Shown piece by piece: positions 30,555 through 40,142 of a stretch of DNA of 64,000 nt (positions are counted from its first letter, which is position 1; each line of letters begins with the position of its first letter). The DNA comes from an uncultured Chloroflexia bacterium (GTDB taxonomy: Bacteria; Chloroflexota; Limnocylindria; Limnocylindrales; CSP1-4). Below the pieces are notes generated by a model. It was not told where the DNA came from, did not search any database, and saw only the letters and a list, made by a program, of their open reading frames with translations. A program made the position numbers and the translations under genes. The stretch spans positions 780 through 64,779 of the forward strand of contig CAWBMK010000007.1 of assembly GCA_963789905.1 (NCBI GenBank), given 5' to 3'.

Positions 30555-30683
30555 ATGAACGCGCCCGAGACGCGGTACGCGACTGCTGGTGATCTGTCGA
30601 TCGCTTGTCAGGTGTTCGACGACGGGCCACTCGACATCGTCGTCCTCAGCGGGCTCGGGTATCACGGCGAGGCCCAGGGGTGA
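30555..30683 (+). pseudogene. 42-codon remnant resembling the N-terminus of LipJ-like hydrolase/cyclase proteins
   Basis: MNAPETRYATAGDLSIACQVFDDGPLDIVVL; stop overlaps the ABC ATPase start. Confidence 0.5.
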
Positions 30684-31625
30684 CCGATCTCGCGGTCGAG
30701 ACGACCGGCCTGACCAAGCGCTACCGGGGAGGAGTCCTCGCTGTCGACGGCGTCGACCTGCGCGTTGCTCGAGGTGAGATCTACGCTCTTCTCGGCCTCA
30801 ACGGCGCGGGCAAATCGACGACGATCAGGATGCTGCTCGGCATGATCCGGCCCACGGCCGGCCACGCGGAACTCTTCGGCCAGCGGGTCACTGCCGGGGC
30901 GACGAGCCTGTGGCGACGGGTCGGCCATCTCGTGGAGAGCGCAACCGCGTACCCGGAACTCAGCGTTCGCGACAACCTCGACATCGCGGGCCGCCTGGCG
31001 AGGATGGCAGACCGTGGCGCCGTGGATGCGGTCATCGAGCGGCTCGCGCTCGAGGCCTATGCGGACCAGCGGGCCGGCACGCTGTCGCTCGGCAACCTCC
31101 AGCGCCTTGCCCTGGCTCGGGCGCTGCTTCCCTGCGCCCGAGCTGCTCGTGCTCGACGAACCGGCGAACGGCCTCGACCCGGCGGGCGTCATCGAGATCC
31201 GAGAGTTGATCCGGTCGCTCGCCACCGAGCACGGCGTCACCGTGTTCATGTCGAGCCACATCCTCGGCGAGGTCGATCGGCTGGCCACGCGGCTCGGTAT
31301 CGTCCATCGCGGGCGGCTGGTCGAGGAACTCGACCGCGACGCGCTCGAACGCCATCGCGACCGTCGGCTCGAGGTCGCGGCGAATGACCTCGATCGGGCC
31401 GAGGTCGCCCTTCGATCGGCCGGCCTGACACCCAGCCGCCGCGGGCCTCACGGTGGGCCTGCCATGCTCGAGCTGCGTGACCCTCGAGCGCTCGATGCAC
31501 CCGATGAGATCGCCGTCGTGCTGGTGGCCGCCGGCGCCCCGCCGACCCGACTCGCGATCGCGCGCGAGTCGCTCGAAGAGCACTTCATCCGGCTGACGGG
31601 CCGTGGCAACGAGACGGCATCGTGA
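30680..31625 (+). CDS. ABC transporter ATP-binding protein (BcrA/lantibiotic-immunity-like), frameshift ~31130
   Basis: GLNGAGKST, LSLGNLQRL, LLVLDEPANGLDP, SSHILGE. Confidence 0.9.
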
Positions 31626-32410
31626 ACGCCCTGATGGCCGCGGTCGGGACCGAGATGCTCAAGGCTCGTCACTCGCGGGTGCCATGGGGCGTGGCGGTCG
31701 GCTTCTCGCTCGCACCCCTGGTGATGGGCCTGTTCATGGTCATCCTCAAGGATCCCGAGCGGGCTCGGTCGCTCGGGCTACTCGGCGCCAAGGCCCAACT
31801 GACCGCCGGCACGGCGGATTGGCCGACATTCCTCAACATGCTCGGTCAGGCGGTCGCCGTCGGTGGGGCGATCCTGTTCGCGTTCCTAACGGCCTGGGTC
31901 TTCGGGCGCGAGTTCGCGGATCGGACCGTTCGAGGCCTGCTCGCGAACCCGACGCCGCGACGGACAATCGTCCTCGCCAAGGCGTGCGTCATCGTGATCT
32001 GGGCCGTCGCGATCTCTGCGTGGGTCGTCGCGCTTGGGCTCATGATCGGCGCGCTCATCGGCCTGCCGGGCTGGTCTGCGGCCGATGCCGGTGCGACCGT
32101 GTCGGCGATCGCGCTCGCCGCCGTTCTGACGATCGCGCTGCAAACCGGCGCGGCGTTCTTCGCTGGAGTCGGACGCGGTTACATCGCGCCGTTGGCATGG
32201 ACCGTGGCGGTGATCGTCGTGTCCCAAGTCTTGACGGTGCTGGGCTGGGGAGCATGGTTCCCGTGGTCTGTCCCAGCGCTGCTCGCCGGGGCGGGCGGAA
32301 CATCGGTCGAGCCGGTGACCGCGGCCGGGGTCCTGCTCGTCCTCGTCGTCGCTGCGGCCGGTCTCGGGGCGACCATCGTGTGGTGGGATCGCGCCGACCA
32401 GACGGGGTGA
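31622..32410 (+). CDS. ABC-2 type permease (BcrB-like)
   Basis: GTEMLKAR, FGREFADRT, WFPWSVP; six hydrophobic segments. Confidence 0.85.
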   Translation: MNALMAAVGTEMLKARHSRVPWGVAVGFSLAPLVMGLFMVILKDPERARSLGLLGAKAQLTAGTADWPTFLNMLGQAVAVGGAILFAFLTAWVFGREFADRTVRGLLANPTPRRTIVLAKACVIVIWAVAISAWVVALGLMIGALIGLPGWSAADAGATVSAIALAAVLTIALQTGAAFFAGVGRGYIAPLAWTVAVIVVSQVLTVLGWGAWFPWSVPALLAGAGGTSVEPVTAAGVLLVLVVAAAGLGATIVWWDRADQTG

Positions 32411-32521
32411 AGAGCGACCCGAGCGTCACGGCGACCCTGCGATGGCATCGTGATCGACAGCACCGCGCCGGGCATGCACGCGCTGTTCGTGGCGTGCGTC
32501 GCGGCACTGCCGTCTTCGACT

Positions 32522-33140
32522 CTAGCCCGGAACGGACGTCACCCGCTTGTCGCTGTAGCCATGCGCTGCGATCTCGGCGGCGCGAGCACGGTATGCGTCG
32601 GCACTCGGTGGAGTATTGGCTCGGAACCCCTCGACCATCCGGTTGTACATCGAGAACGCGGCGGCGATGAGCACCGCCAGCTGGACGTCGGCGTCGGACG
32701 CTCCAGCGGCGCATGCCGCCGCGACATCGGCGGCGGTCAGCTCGCGGGGCTCGCGTCGAACGGTCCGGGCGATGTGGAGCAGCGCGCGCATCCTGTCGTC
32801 GAATCCCTCGGACGATCCGAGTCTTGACGACGTCGACGAGCGGCACCGACTCCATCGCTCCACTTCGTTCGAGCACCGCGGTCGCGAACGCACCGTGCGA
32901 ATCCATGCAATAGAAGCAGTCGTTCGCGGCAGAGACCGCGGTTGCGAGCACCTCCCGTTCGGCGCGGCTGAGCGTAGCGCCCGGGAAGTCGTTGACGAGC
33001 AATTCGTCGGCCAACCCGCGCAGGTGGATACCGAGACCGGGCGTCAATCGGATTGCGGTGAGGATCCCTGGGGCATCTGGCAATCCACCGACAATCGGTT
33101 CTTCCTGCGAGCGCGCGAGGCGCTCTTCATCACGTGCCAT
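32522..33140 (-). CDS. AhpD/carboxymuconolactone decarboxylase-like peroxidase-related protein, frameshift ~32825
   Basis: LSRAEREVLATAVSAANDCFYCMDSH (CxxC), AFSMYNRMVEG. Confidence 0.8.
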
Positions 33141-33257
33141 GCGCACCAAACTCCTGTCGTTCTGGTGGGAGTGCGCCCAAGTATGCCCGCACCGGTCGAT
33201 CCGGGTCGGCGGCGCGACATCGGATGACCGGCCGGTCGAGCGTGCTCGAAGCCTCGA

Positions 33258-34850
33258 TCAGCCGTCGGCCCCAGGGGGGAGCACGGCCACGTTGAGCCAA
33301 CGGCCTCCTGTCGCCCGACGCATCGCGAACGTCTGGGCGAAGGGGGACGCCTCCTGCGACAGCAGCTTCCCGGCGGCGTCATAGGTCTCGGTGATCATCG
33401 TTCCGCGAGCGTCGAGGCCAAGGCTCAGGCCGCTCTGCTTCCCAAACGGCACCAGCAGGGACACGTCGAGCGTGTCGAACTGGTAGCGAGCGAGGACGGT
33501 CGAACCCGTGGCAACGGCGTCCTGCAGTCGACCTTGCATCTCCGTCAGGCGGTCTCCGTGATCGACGGCGGTCAAGAGATTCTCGTCGCGACGGAGCAGC
33601 GCCTGATTCTCGAGTTCGAGGTTCTGGGCCAGCGACAGCACCACCTCCTGCATCCCTGGCCCGGCGACTTCATGGTCCCACTCCACGACATCCTGTCCAA
33701 CGGAGATGGTGGGGAACGTCGCCGGATCGACGTTGCGGGGCATGCCGTCCAGCATCTCGGCCGTGTCCGGAACCACGAGCCCGCGCGCTGGGGTGCCTGC
33801 GGCAACGATGCCGACCCCGAGGACCAGAACCGCGGCGACTGTCAGCCCGACCCGAATGGCGCCCCTGGCGATCCCATGGCCGGAGCCGCTGCCGACCGTG
33901 AGTTGCGTCGCGAACCGACCGAAGTCGTCCGCCTCCGAACGCGGCTCGGGAAGCAGGCGATCGAGGATTGGACGTGCCGCACATATGACGACCAGACCGG
34001 CGAGCAGGCCGACCTTCGTGCCGAACTCGTTGGTCTGCGGTGCGATCAGGAGCGTGCTCGCCACCGCCACGAGGAGGCCGAACACGACGCGCCCAACGCG
34101 ACCAGCCGGCACGGTCTTGGGGTCCGTGATCATAAAGAAGAGGAAGATCAACACCTCGGGCGAGGTGACGATGACCCGCCAGAAGTCGAAGCCGCAGACG
34201 GGCGCGAACGCCCAGTTCGCGGTCATGCAGTGCCCGGAGCCGGCGAGGATCCCGATCCCGACCGCAAGGGCGACCCAGAACGTCGCTGCCAGGGCGAGAA
34301 GATGCAATCGCCTGGTGATCAGCAGCCCGCCGCCGATGATGACGGCGTAGGCCGCGATCATCCAGACATTCAGCGGAGCCCACCAGAAGTCGAGCGGCTC
34401 GACGAGCGAGCTGCCGAGCACGACGAAGGTCAGGACCAGCCCGATGTTCGATGGGTTGAAGACGTGGGAGCCGCGGTAGCGGATGACGTACTTCGTCAGG
34501 AGAGAGAGGCCGCCGACGACCGCGAACACATACCAGGCGTAGGTGGTCCAGGGATCATCAGGGGGCGTCCCGACGACGCGAAGGATCAGGGCGACACCGC
34601 TGCCCGTCAGCATCGCGCTGGCCGGCCACACGAACGCCCGGCTCTGGCGGAAGGTCAGGACGATCTCGATGATCGCGCAGGTCAGGATCGCCGCGAGGAT
34701 CTGCGGGACGCTCACCCGGAAGTGCAGCCCGAGCTGGCCGAAGACGTGGATCGTGATGATGACCGCCGCGACATGGAGACGCGGATCGCGGATGCTCGGC
34801 AGGACCAGGGGGTAGCTGCTCCCCCCGACCGTCAGCGCTCGGCTGGTCAC
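33258..34850 (-). CDS. Orphan RnfD/NqrB-like (UnbU-like) membrane protein with C-terminal extramembrane domain
   Basis: PASAMLTG, SHVFNPSNIG, FLFFMITDPKT. Confidence 0.7.
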   Translation of the reverse strand: MTSRALTVGGSSYPLVLPSIRDPRLHVAAVIITIHVFGQLGLHFRVSVPQILAAILTCAIIEIVLTFRQSRAFVWPASAMLTGSGVALILRVVGTPPDDPWTTYAWYVFAVVGGLSLLTKYVIRYRGSHVFNPSNIGLVLTFVVLGSSLVEPLDFWWAPLNVWMIAAYAVIIGGGLLITRRLHLLALAATFWVALAVGIGILAGSGHCMTANWAFAPVCGFDFWRVIVTSPEVLIFLFFMITDPKTVPAGRVGRVVFGLLVAVASTLLIAPQTNEFGTKVGLLAGLVVICAARPILDRLLPEPRSEADDFGRFATQLTVGSGSGHGIARGAIRVGLTVAAVLVLGVGIVAAGTPARGLVVPDTAEMLDGMPRNVDPATFPTISVGQDVVEWDHEVAGPGMQEVVLSLAQNLELENQALLRRDENLLTAVDHGDRLTEMQGRLQDAVATGSTVLARYQFDTLDVSLLVPFGKQSGLSLGLDARGTMITETYDAAGKLLSQEASPFAQTFAMRRATGGRWLNVAVLPPGADG

Positions 34851-34967
34851 ATCCCCTCCCGACGCGGATCCGCCCAAATGCGAAATCGGCGCCGAAGTCT
34901 AGCCGCAGGTGCGCCTGATCGACTTCTGAGGGTCCCCTCTAGCGGCCGGTGGGCCCTCGACTCACGC

Positions 34968-35627
34968 TCAGGCGGCGGGCGTCTCCCCGGTGGCGTAGCG
35001 GTAGATCGCCCAGCCGATCACGGCTCCGACGATCGGCCCGACGATGTAGACCCACAGCGAAGTGAGGTCGCCTCCGACGACCGCCGAGGCGATCGATCGA
35101 GCCGGGTTCACCGACGAGCCGGTGAACGGGACGATCGCGAAGTGGATGACCATAAGGGTCAGCGGGATCGCGAATGCGGCCTGGGTCGGCGCCTTCTTCG
35201 TCGAGACCAGGATCACGAGGATGAAGAACGCCGTGAAGATCGCCTCGATGACGACCGCTTTGATGTCGTCGATCCCATTCCCCGGCAGGGTTCTGGTACT
35301 CGCAACCGCCGCCTGATCGAACAACGCGAGGACGACCGCGGCGGCAGCGATACCGCCGATGAGCTGCGAGGCGACATAGCCCACGCCGGTCATCGCGTCG
35401 AGCCGCTTGTCGATGACCGCCGCGACCGTGACAGCGGGATTGAAGTGGCCGCCCGAGACCGCGCCGAAGATCTGGATCGCGACGAAGAGGCCCAACCCGA
35501 ACCCGAAGGCGATGACGACGAGGTTCCCTTCCGGTGAGAACACCGTCTCCGACAGGATCGCCATGAATCCGATGAGGAAGAAGGTGAATGTGCCGACGAG
35601 CTCGGCCAGCAGCTTCTTGGTGTCCAT
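34968..35627 (-). CDS. MIP family aquaporin (AqpZ-like)
   Basis: SGGHFNPAVT and SVNPARS motifs. Confidence 0.95.
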   Translation of the reverse strand: MDTKKLLAELVGTFTFFLIGFMAILSETVFSPEGNLVVIAFGFGLGLFVAIQIFGAVSGGHFNPAVTVAAVIDKRLDAMTGVGYVASQLIGGIAAAAVVLALFDQAAVASTRTLPGNGIDDIKAVVIEAIFTAFFILVILVSTKKAPTQAAFAIPLTLMVIHFAIVPFTGSSVNPARSIASAVVGGDLTSLWVYIVGPIVGAVIGWAIYRYATGETPAA

Positions 35628-35878
35628 GGTCAGCTCCTCCTCCGAGTCCCTCACGCGGGCGCCGCGTGTCAGCCCGCGAATCAGTCTAACGGCGTGCCCG
35701 AGGTCGGACCGACTCAATGCTCGCCATCGACGGTGAGCGTATTCAGGTCAGGCGGAGCGTCGGCGACGCGTACCATCGCTTCCCACCCCGTCGATCTCGG
35801 ATCCCCGCTCGATGGGGCCGAGGGTGTCAACTCGTTCAGGGTTCCGGGAACGGATCTTCGTAGCTTCGGAGTCACCTC

Positions 35879-36139
35879 ATGACCGGGCAATTCAAGGGCA
35901 CGATCAATGTCGACATTCGAGACTCGGCGCCCGACTGGTCGCCCTTCGAGCCCCTCAAGGCTCCCGAAGGAGCGCCGAACGTCGTGTACATCGTCCTCGA
36001 CGACGTGGGTTTCAGTGCCATGAGTTCTTATGGCGGCCCGATCGACACGCCCAACATCGACCGGATCGCCGTCGACGTGAGCGGCGAGCCCTATGTCGAC
36101 CTCGAGCGCGAGGCCGTCGCCATGCTGATGCGAGAATAG
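35879..36139 (+). pseudogene. Arylsulfatase with large in-frame internal deletion (N- and C-termini only)
   Basis: FKGTINVDIRDSAPDW..APNVVYIVLDDVGF..GGPIDTPNIDRIA joined to VDVSGEPYVDLEREAVAMLMRE. Confidence 0.75.
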
Positions 36140-36143
36140 GGCG

Positions 36144-37646
36144 ATGACGGATACGCCCACGCGCTCCAGGGCCAAGAAGGAGGCTGTCCCGGACGAGGCC
36201 ATCGCAGCCGCATACGATGCGGCCTGGGAAGTCGAGACTCCGGGCGGCGACATCTGGACGGCGCGACCGTGGGTCCACCCGACGGCTCGGATCGAGGAGG
36301 CCAAGGCCGCCCGCAAGCGCGTCCCCAGGCCCAGCCACGCGACCTTCGAACCGCGACCCGATCGCGACCCGATCGCGATCCTGGAAGGCCAGGAGGCCGA
36401 CCGGCTCCCGGACCTCGTCCCGCTACGGCATGCTCGTATGGCTGAATCGGCCTTTGCCTACTACCGCGGTACGCCGGCGGTGATGGCGTTCGATCTAGCC
36501 GACGCGGCCCGCACCGACATCTGGGTTCAGGCCAGCGGTGACGCTCATCTCTCCAACTTCGGCCTGTTCGCCTCACCGGAGCGGACCCTCGTGTTCGACT
36601 CGAACGACTTCGACGAGACCCTGCCGGGGCCGTGGGAGTGGGACGTCAAGCGGCTTGCCGCGAGCATCGTCATCGCCGGTCGCACCAACGGTTTCAACTC
36701 GGAACTCAATCGGAAGGCGACGATGGCCACCGTTCGCGGGTACCGCCAGTGGATGGCCCGCTTCGCTGGCATGCGCCTCATGGACGTGTGGTACTCCCCC
36801 ATTACCGAGGCCGACCTCCGCGTTGCGGCCGAGGCAAGCGGATTGCTCGGGGGGGCTGACGCCGCAAGCCGGCGGCAGAGACTCGAGGCCGTGTTCACCA
36901 AGGCCCGTCGACGTGATGGGATGCGGGCGTTCGAATCGCTGACCGGAATCGTCGACGGTCGCCGAGTCATCCTCGATGACCCGCCGGTATTGACCCACGT
37001 GGAGATCGAAGCGGGCCCCGGCGCGCTCGAGCGGGTGTTCACCGATTATCGGGCCTCGATGCCGGAGGCTCGACGCGGCTTCCTCGAGCGATACCGCTTC
37101 GTCGACTTCGCCTTGAAGGTCGTTGGGGTCGGCAGCGTCGGAACTCGCTGCTTCGTCGTCGTCCTCCAGGGTCGCGACGAGAACGATGCTCTCATCCTCC
37201 AGGCAAAGGAGGCGACCGCGTCGGTCCTCGAGCCCTACCTCCGACCGTCAACCCACGCGAACCAGGCTCAACGCGTCGTCGTCGGTCAGCAGATGATGCA
37301 GGCTAGCTCGGACATCTTCCTCGGTTGGACGCGCGGTCCGGGCGGCCGCGACTTCTATTTCCGTCAGCTCTGGGACATGAAGGGCTCGGTCGACACCACA
37401 ACCATTCGGCCGCCTGGCCTCGGCTTCTACGGCAGCCTGTGTGGATGGGCCCTCGCCCGCGCGCATGCCCGCACCGGCGACGCGGTTGCGATCGCCGCCT
37501 ATCTCGGGACGAGCGACACCTTCGATGGGGCGATCGCCGATTTCGCGGAGACCTACGCGGACGTGAACGAGCGCGACCACGCGGCCTATCTAGCAGCGAT
37601 CGAGGCCGGACGGATCTCGATGCCGCCTGATGCCGATCCCGCCTGA
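36144..37646 (+). CDS. DUF2252 family protein (paralogue of 6006-7553)
   Basis: Same motifs as the first copy. Confidence 0.9.
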   Translation: MTDTPTRSRAKKEAVPDEAIAAAYDAAWEVETPGGDIWTARPWVHPTARIEEAKAARKRVPRPSHATFEPRPDRDPIAILEGQEADRLPDLVPLRHARMAESAFAYYRGTPAVMAFDLADAARTDIWVQASGDAHLSNFGLFASPERTLVFDSNDFDETLPGPWEWDVKRLAASIVIAGRTNGFNSELNRKATMATVRGYRQWMARFAGMRLMDVWYSPITEADLRVAAEASGLLGGADAASRRQRLEAVFTKARRRDGMRAFESLTGIVDGRRVILDDPPVLTHVEIEAGPGALERVFTDYRASMPEARRGFLERYRFVDFALKVVGVGSVGTRCFVVVLQGRDENDALILQAKEATASVLEPYLRPSTHANQAQRVVVGQQMMQASSDIFLGWTRGPGGRDFYFRQLWDMKGSVDTTTIRPPGLGFYGSLCGWALARAHARTGDAVAIAAYLGTSDTFDGAIADFAETYADVNERDHAAYLAAIEAGRISMPPDADPA

Positions 37647-37692
37647 GAACTGGAGCGGTCCCGGCTGTCCGCGTCTGGCTTGACGGCGGCGA

Positions 37693-38928
37693 TCAGCCGC
37701 AGAAGGCGCGCGCGGCTGCCAGAAGGGCGCGGGCGCAGGCGACTGTGCTGGGAAGGTCCACCCACTCGATGTCGGCATGGGCGCCCTCGCCGATCGGACC
37801 GAAGAGCACTGTGGGAATCCCGGCCGCGGAGATGAACGCGGAGTCCGCCCAGTAGCTCACCCCGCCGAGCGCGGCGGGCCGGCCCAACGTGTTGGCGGCT
37901 GCTGCGGCGACGGCCTCAACGATCTCACTGTCGTGCGCTGTCTCGAATGGATCCCGGGCGAGCGTTGTCCGGCTGGTCACGACCAGCTCCGGATCGGCGA
38001 TCCGGCAGTCCGCAAGGAGAGCCTCGATGTCCCGTTCGACGTCCGCCGCCGTCTCCCCCGGCAGGGTTCGCCGCTCGATCGTCAGCTCGCAGCGGGCGGG
38101 GATGCTCGACTCCTCGATGCCGCCCGCCACGAGAGACGCGTGCAGCGAGCCCGAGTCGAGGGTCGGGTGCTCCTTGGCTCGGAGCTTCCGATCCAGCTTG
38201 TCGAGGGCCACGAGGATCGGCCCCGTCTTCAGGATGGCGTCGACGCCGAGGTGAGGGCGGGAGCCGTGCGCTGCCTTACCGACGACCGAGATCTCGGTCC
38301 ACACGAATCCCTTGTGCCCGGTGGCGATGGTGAGCTCGGTCGGTTCGGTCACGATCGCGGCATCGGCGCTGACGTGACGCAGCACCTCCTGCACCCCGAT
38401 GCTGGAGTGCTCCTCGTCGGCGACCGCGGCGACCAGGACCTCACCGGGCAGGTCAGCGGCGGCGGCATCGCGACAGGCGATCAGGGCAGCAGCCAGGCCG
38501 CCTTTCATGTCGTACACGCCGCGCCCGTACATCCTGTCGCCGTCGATGCGGGGGCGTAGCGGGTCTGCCATCGCCCCAAGCCCGACCGTGTCCAGGTGCC
38601 CGCAGAGCAGAAGGGATCTCCCGCTCCGGGTAGCGGCCGGCCGGCTGCGGACGAGGACGCTGGGGCGACCTGACGTCGCCTCCAGGACCTGAGCCCCGAG
38701 CCCGGCGTCCGTCGCCCAGTCGACGACAAACCTGGCCAGCTCACCTTCGCCGGCTGCGCCGGGCGACAGCGACGGGTTGACCGAGTCGATGGCCGCGAGC
38801 TCGCCGAGCAGATCGACGACCCCGGCGTCCGAGCTCAAGGTTCCTCCGATTGCGGACCGCTCCGCGGATTCTGCCTTAGGTGGTGCGCTGGTACGATTCG
38901 CGTTGCCGCATTGATCGTCGTTGTGCAT
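37693..38928 (-). CDS. M20 family deacylase (ArgE/DapE-like)
   Basis: LCGHLDTV, GRGVYDMKGG, VADEEH, IVTEPT, GEGAHADIE. Confidence 0.9.
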   Translation of the reverse strand: MHNDDQCGNANRTSAPPKAESAERSAIGGTLSSDAGVVDLLGELAAIDSVNPSLSPGAAGEGELARFVVDWATDAGLGAQVLEATSGRPSVLVRSRPAATRSGRSLLLCGHLDTVGLGAMADPLRPRIDGDRMYGRGVYDMKGGLAAALIACRDAAAADLPGEVLVAAVADEEHSSIGVQEVLRHVSADAAIVTEPTELTIATGHKGFVWTEISVVGKAAHGSRPHLGVDAILKTGPILVALDKLDRKLRAKEHPTLDSGSLHASLVAGGIEESSIPARCELTIERRTLPGETAADVERDIEALLADCRIADPELVVTSRTTLARDPFETAHDSEIVEAVAAAAANTLGRPAALGGVSYWADSAFISAAGIPTVLFGPIGEGAHADIEWVDLPSTVACARALLAAARAFCG

Positions 38929-39002
38929 CGCCTCCTCCTTCGAGCGATCGCGACGCGCCGGGTCGGCACCATGATCGGGGGCATCGTCACGGAGGTTCCA
39001 GA

Positions 39003-39626
39003 ATGACGGACGACACAACCACGCCTCACAATGGCTCGGGCGACGTCGCGGTCGTGACCGCCACGCTCGCCGACGACCAGGGGGTCATAGCCGAAGCTGC
39101 GGTCGCGGTCGAGGGAGATCACGCCCTGATCGTTGCCCGCTTCGCCGACATGTCGTCGGCGCGCTCGATCTACGATGGACTGCTCGACGCCGAGCTCGAA
39201 GGCTCGCTTCACATCGACGGTGTGCTGGTCGTCAACGCCGATGATGAGGGCAAGCTCCACGTCCAGAAGATGACCGACCACAGCACCCGGACCGGTCTCA
39301 AGTGGGGCATCGTCGGTGGCGTCATCGCCGGTGTGTTCCTGCCGGTGACGATCGTTGCCGGTGCCGTGGGCCTTGGGATCGCCGGGGCGGCCGCCGGAAA
39401 GGCCCGCAATCTCTCCCATCGCTTGGACGTCGAGAAGGAACTGGCCGATGTGATCACTCCGGGCACATCCGGGATCCTGGCTCTGGTCACCGCGGCCGAC
39501 GCGCCGGCCGTTGCGGCCAAGATGCCCGATGCAGCCGAGGTCAAGACGATCCCCGTCGACGCGGCCACGGCGGGCGAGATCAAGGAAGTCGCCGGTGAGG
39601 CGGCAGCGGCTCCGTCCGAGGGCTGA
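39003..39626 (+). CDS. DUF1269-like membrane protein (close paralogue of 7828)
   Basis: KLHVQKMTDHSTRTGLKWGIVGG shared. Confidence 0.8.
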   Translation: MTDDTTTPHNGSGDVAVVTATLADDQGVIAEAAVAVEGDHALIVARFADMSSARSIYDGLLDAELEGSLHIDGVLVVNADDEGKLHVQKMTDHSTRTGLKWGIVGGVIAGVFLPVTIVAGAVGLGIAGAAAGKARNLSHRLDVEKELADVITPGTSGILALVTAADAPAVAAKMPDAAEVKTIPVDAATAGEIKEVAGEAAAAPSEG

Positions 39627-39656
39627 GCCCGCTTCTTCCGACAGGTCTACGGATAT

Positions 39657-39696
39657 CAAGAAGGCCCCGCTCGCCAAGGCGAGCGGGGCCTCTTCG
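39657..39696. terminator. Intrinsic terminator, likely bidirectional
   Basis: GGCCCCGCTCGCC-AA-GGCGAGCGGGGCC between convergent genes. Confidence 0.75.
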
Positions 39697-39710
39697 AGTT
39701 GCTCGCGAGG

Positions 39711-40022
39711 TCACATGACCTCGAGGATCTCCGCGACCTGGATCGAGGCTCCACCGGCGAGAACCGGGCAGCCCCGTGCGAGCTCGACCGCTCGATCGAT
39801 CGAGTTGGCACTGAGGATCGTGTAACCGGACGGGCCACTGGCGTCATCGGTCACCGACCCGGTGGCGCTGAGGTGCTTCGTGTGGGCGGTCGGGTTGCCG
39901 GGGTCCTTGAGGGCCCCGTCCAGCGTCCCGAACCAGTCGGTCCAGGCCTGCATGACCTGTTTCTGCTCCGTCTCGCCCTCGGGCATCGATCCACCGTGGA
40001 ACACGAGCAGGTAGTTTCCCAT
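39711..40022 (-). CDS. YCII-related protein
   Basis: YLLVFHGGSMP, AWTDWF, GYTILSANSIDRAVELARGCP. Confidence 0.75.
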   Translation of the reverse strand: MGNYLLVFHGGSMPEGETEQKQVMQAWTDWFGTLDGALKDPGNPTAHTKHLSATGSVTDDASGPSGYTILSANSIDRAVELARGCPVLAGGASIQVAEILEVM

Positions 40023-40142
40023 CGCTCGATCTCCTCTGCCTTCTGGCCGCCGTGGGTCGTACGCTCCTGTGGCGTCGTCTGGGGCGGTCCTATCTCTTCG
40101 ACGAACGACGACCACCCGAATCGACAACCGTGTATGAACGAT

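Noticed and set aside
34850-34870. CATCC-N11-GGATC resembling a type A box
   Set aside because: Overlaps the start codon and RBS of the RnfD-like gene, so is explainable by the purine-rich RBS
34968-35627. Aquaporin as arsenite channel partner of the MerR-ArsC fusion
   Set aside because: About 24 kb away, canonical NPA/NPA motifs, and embedded in the DUF island; no evidence of linkage
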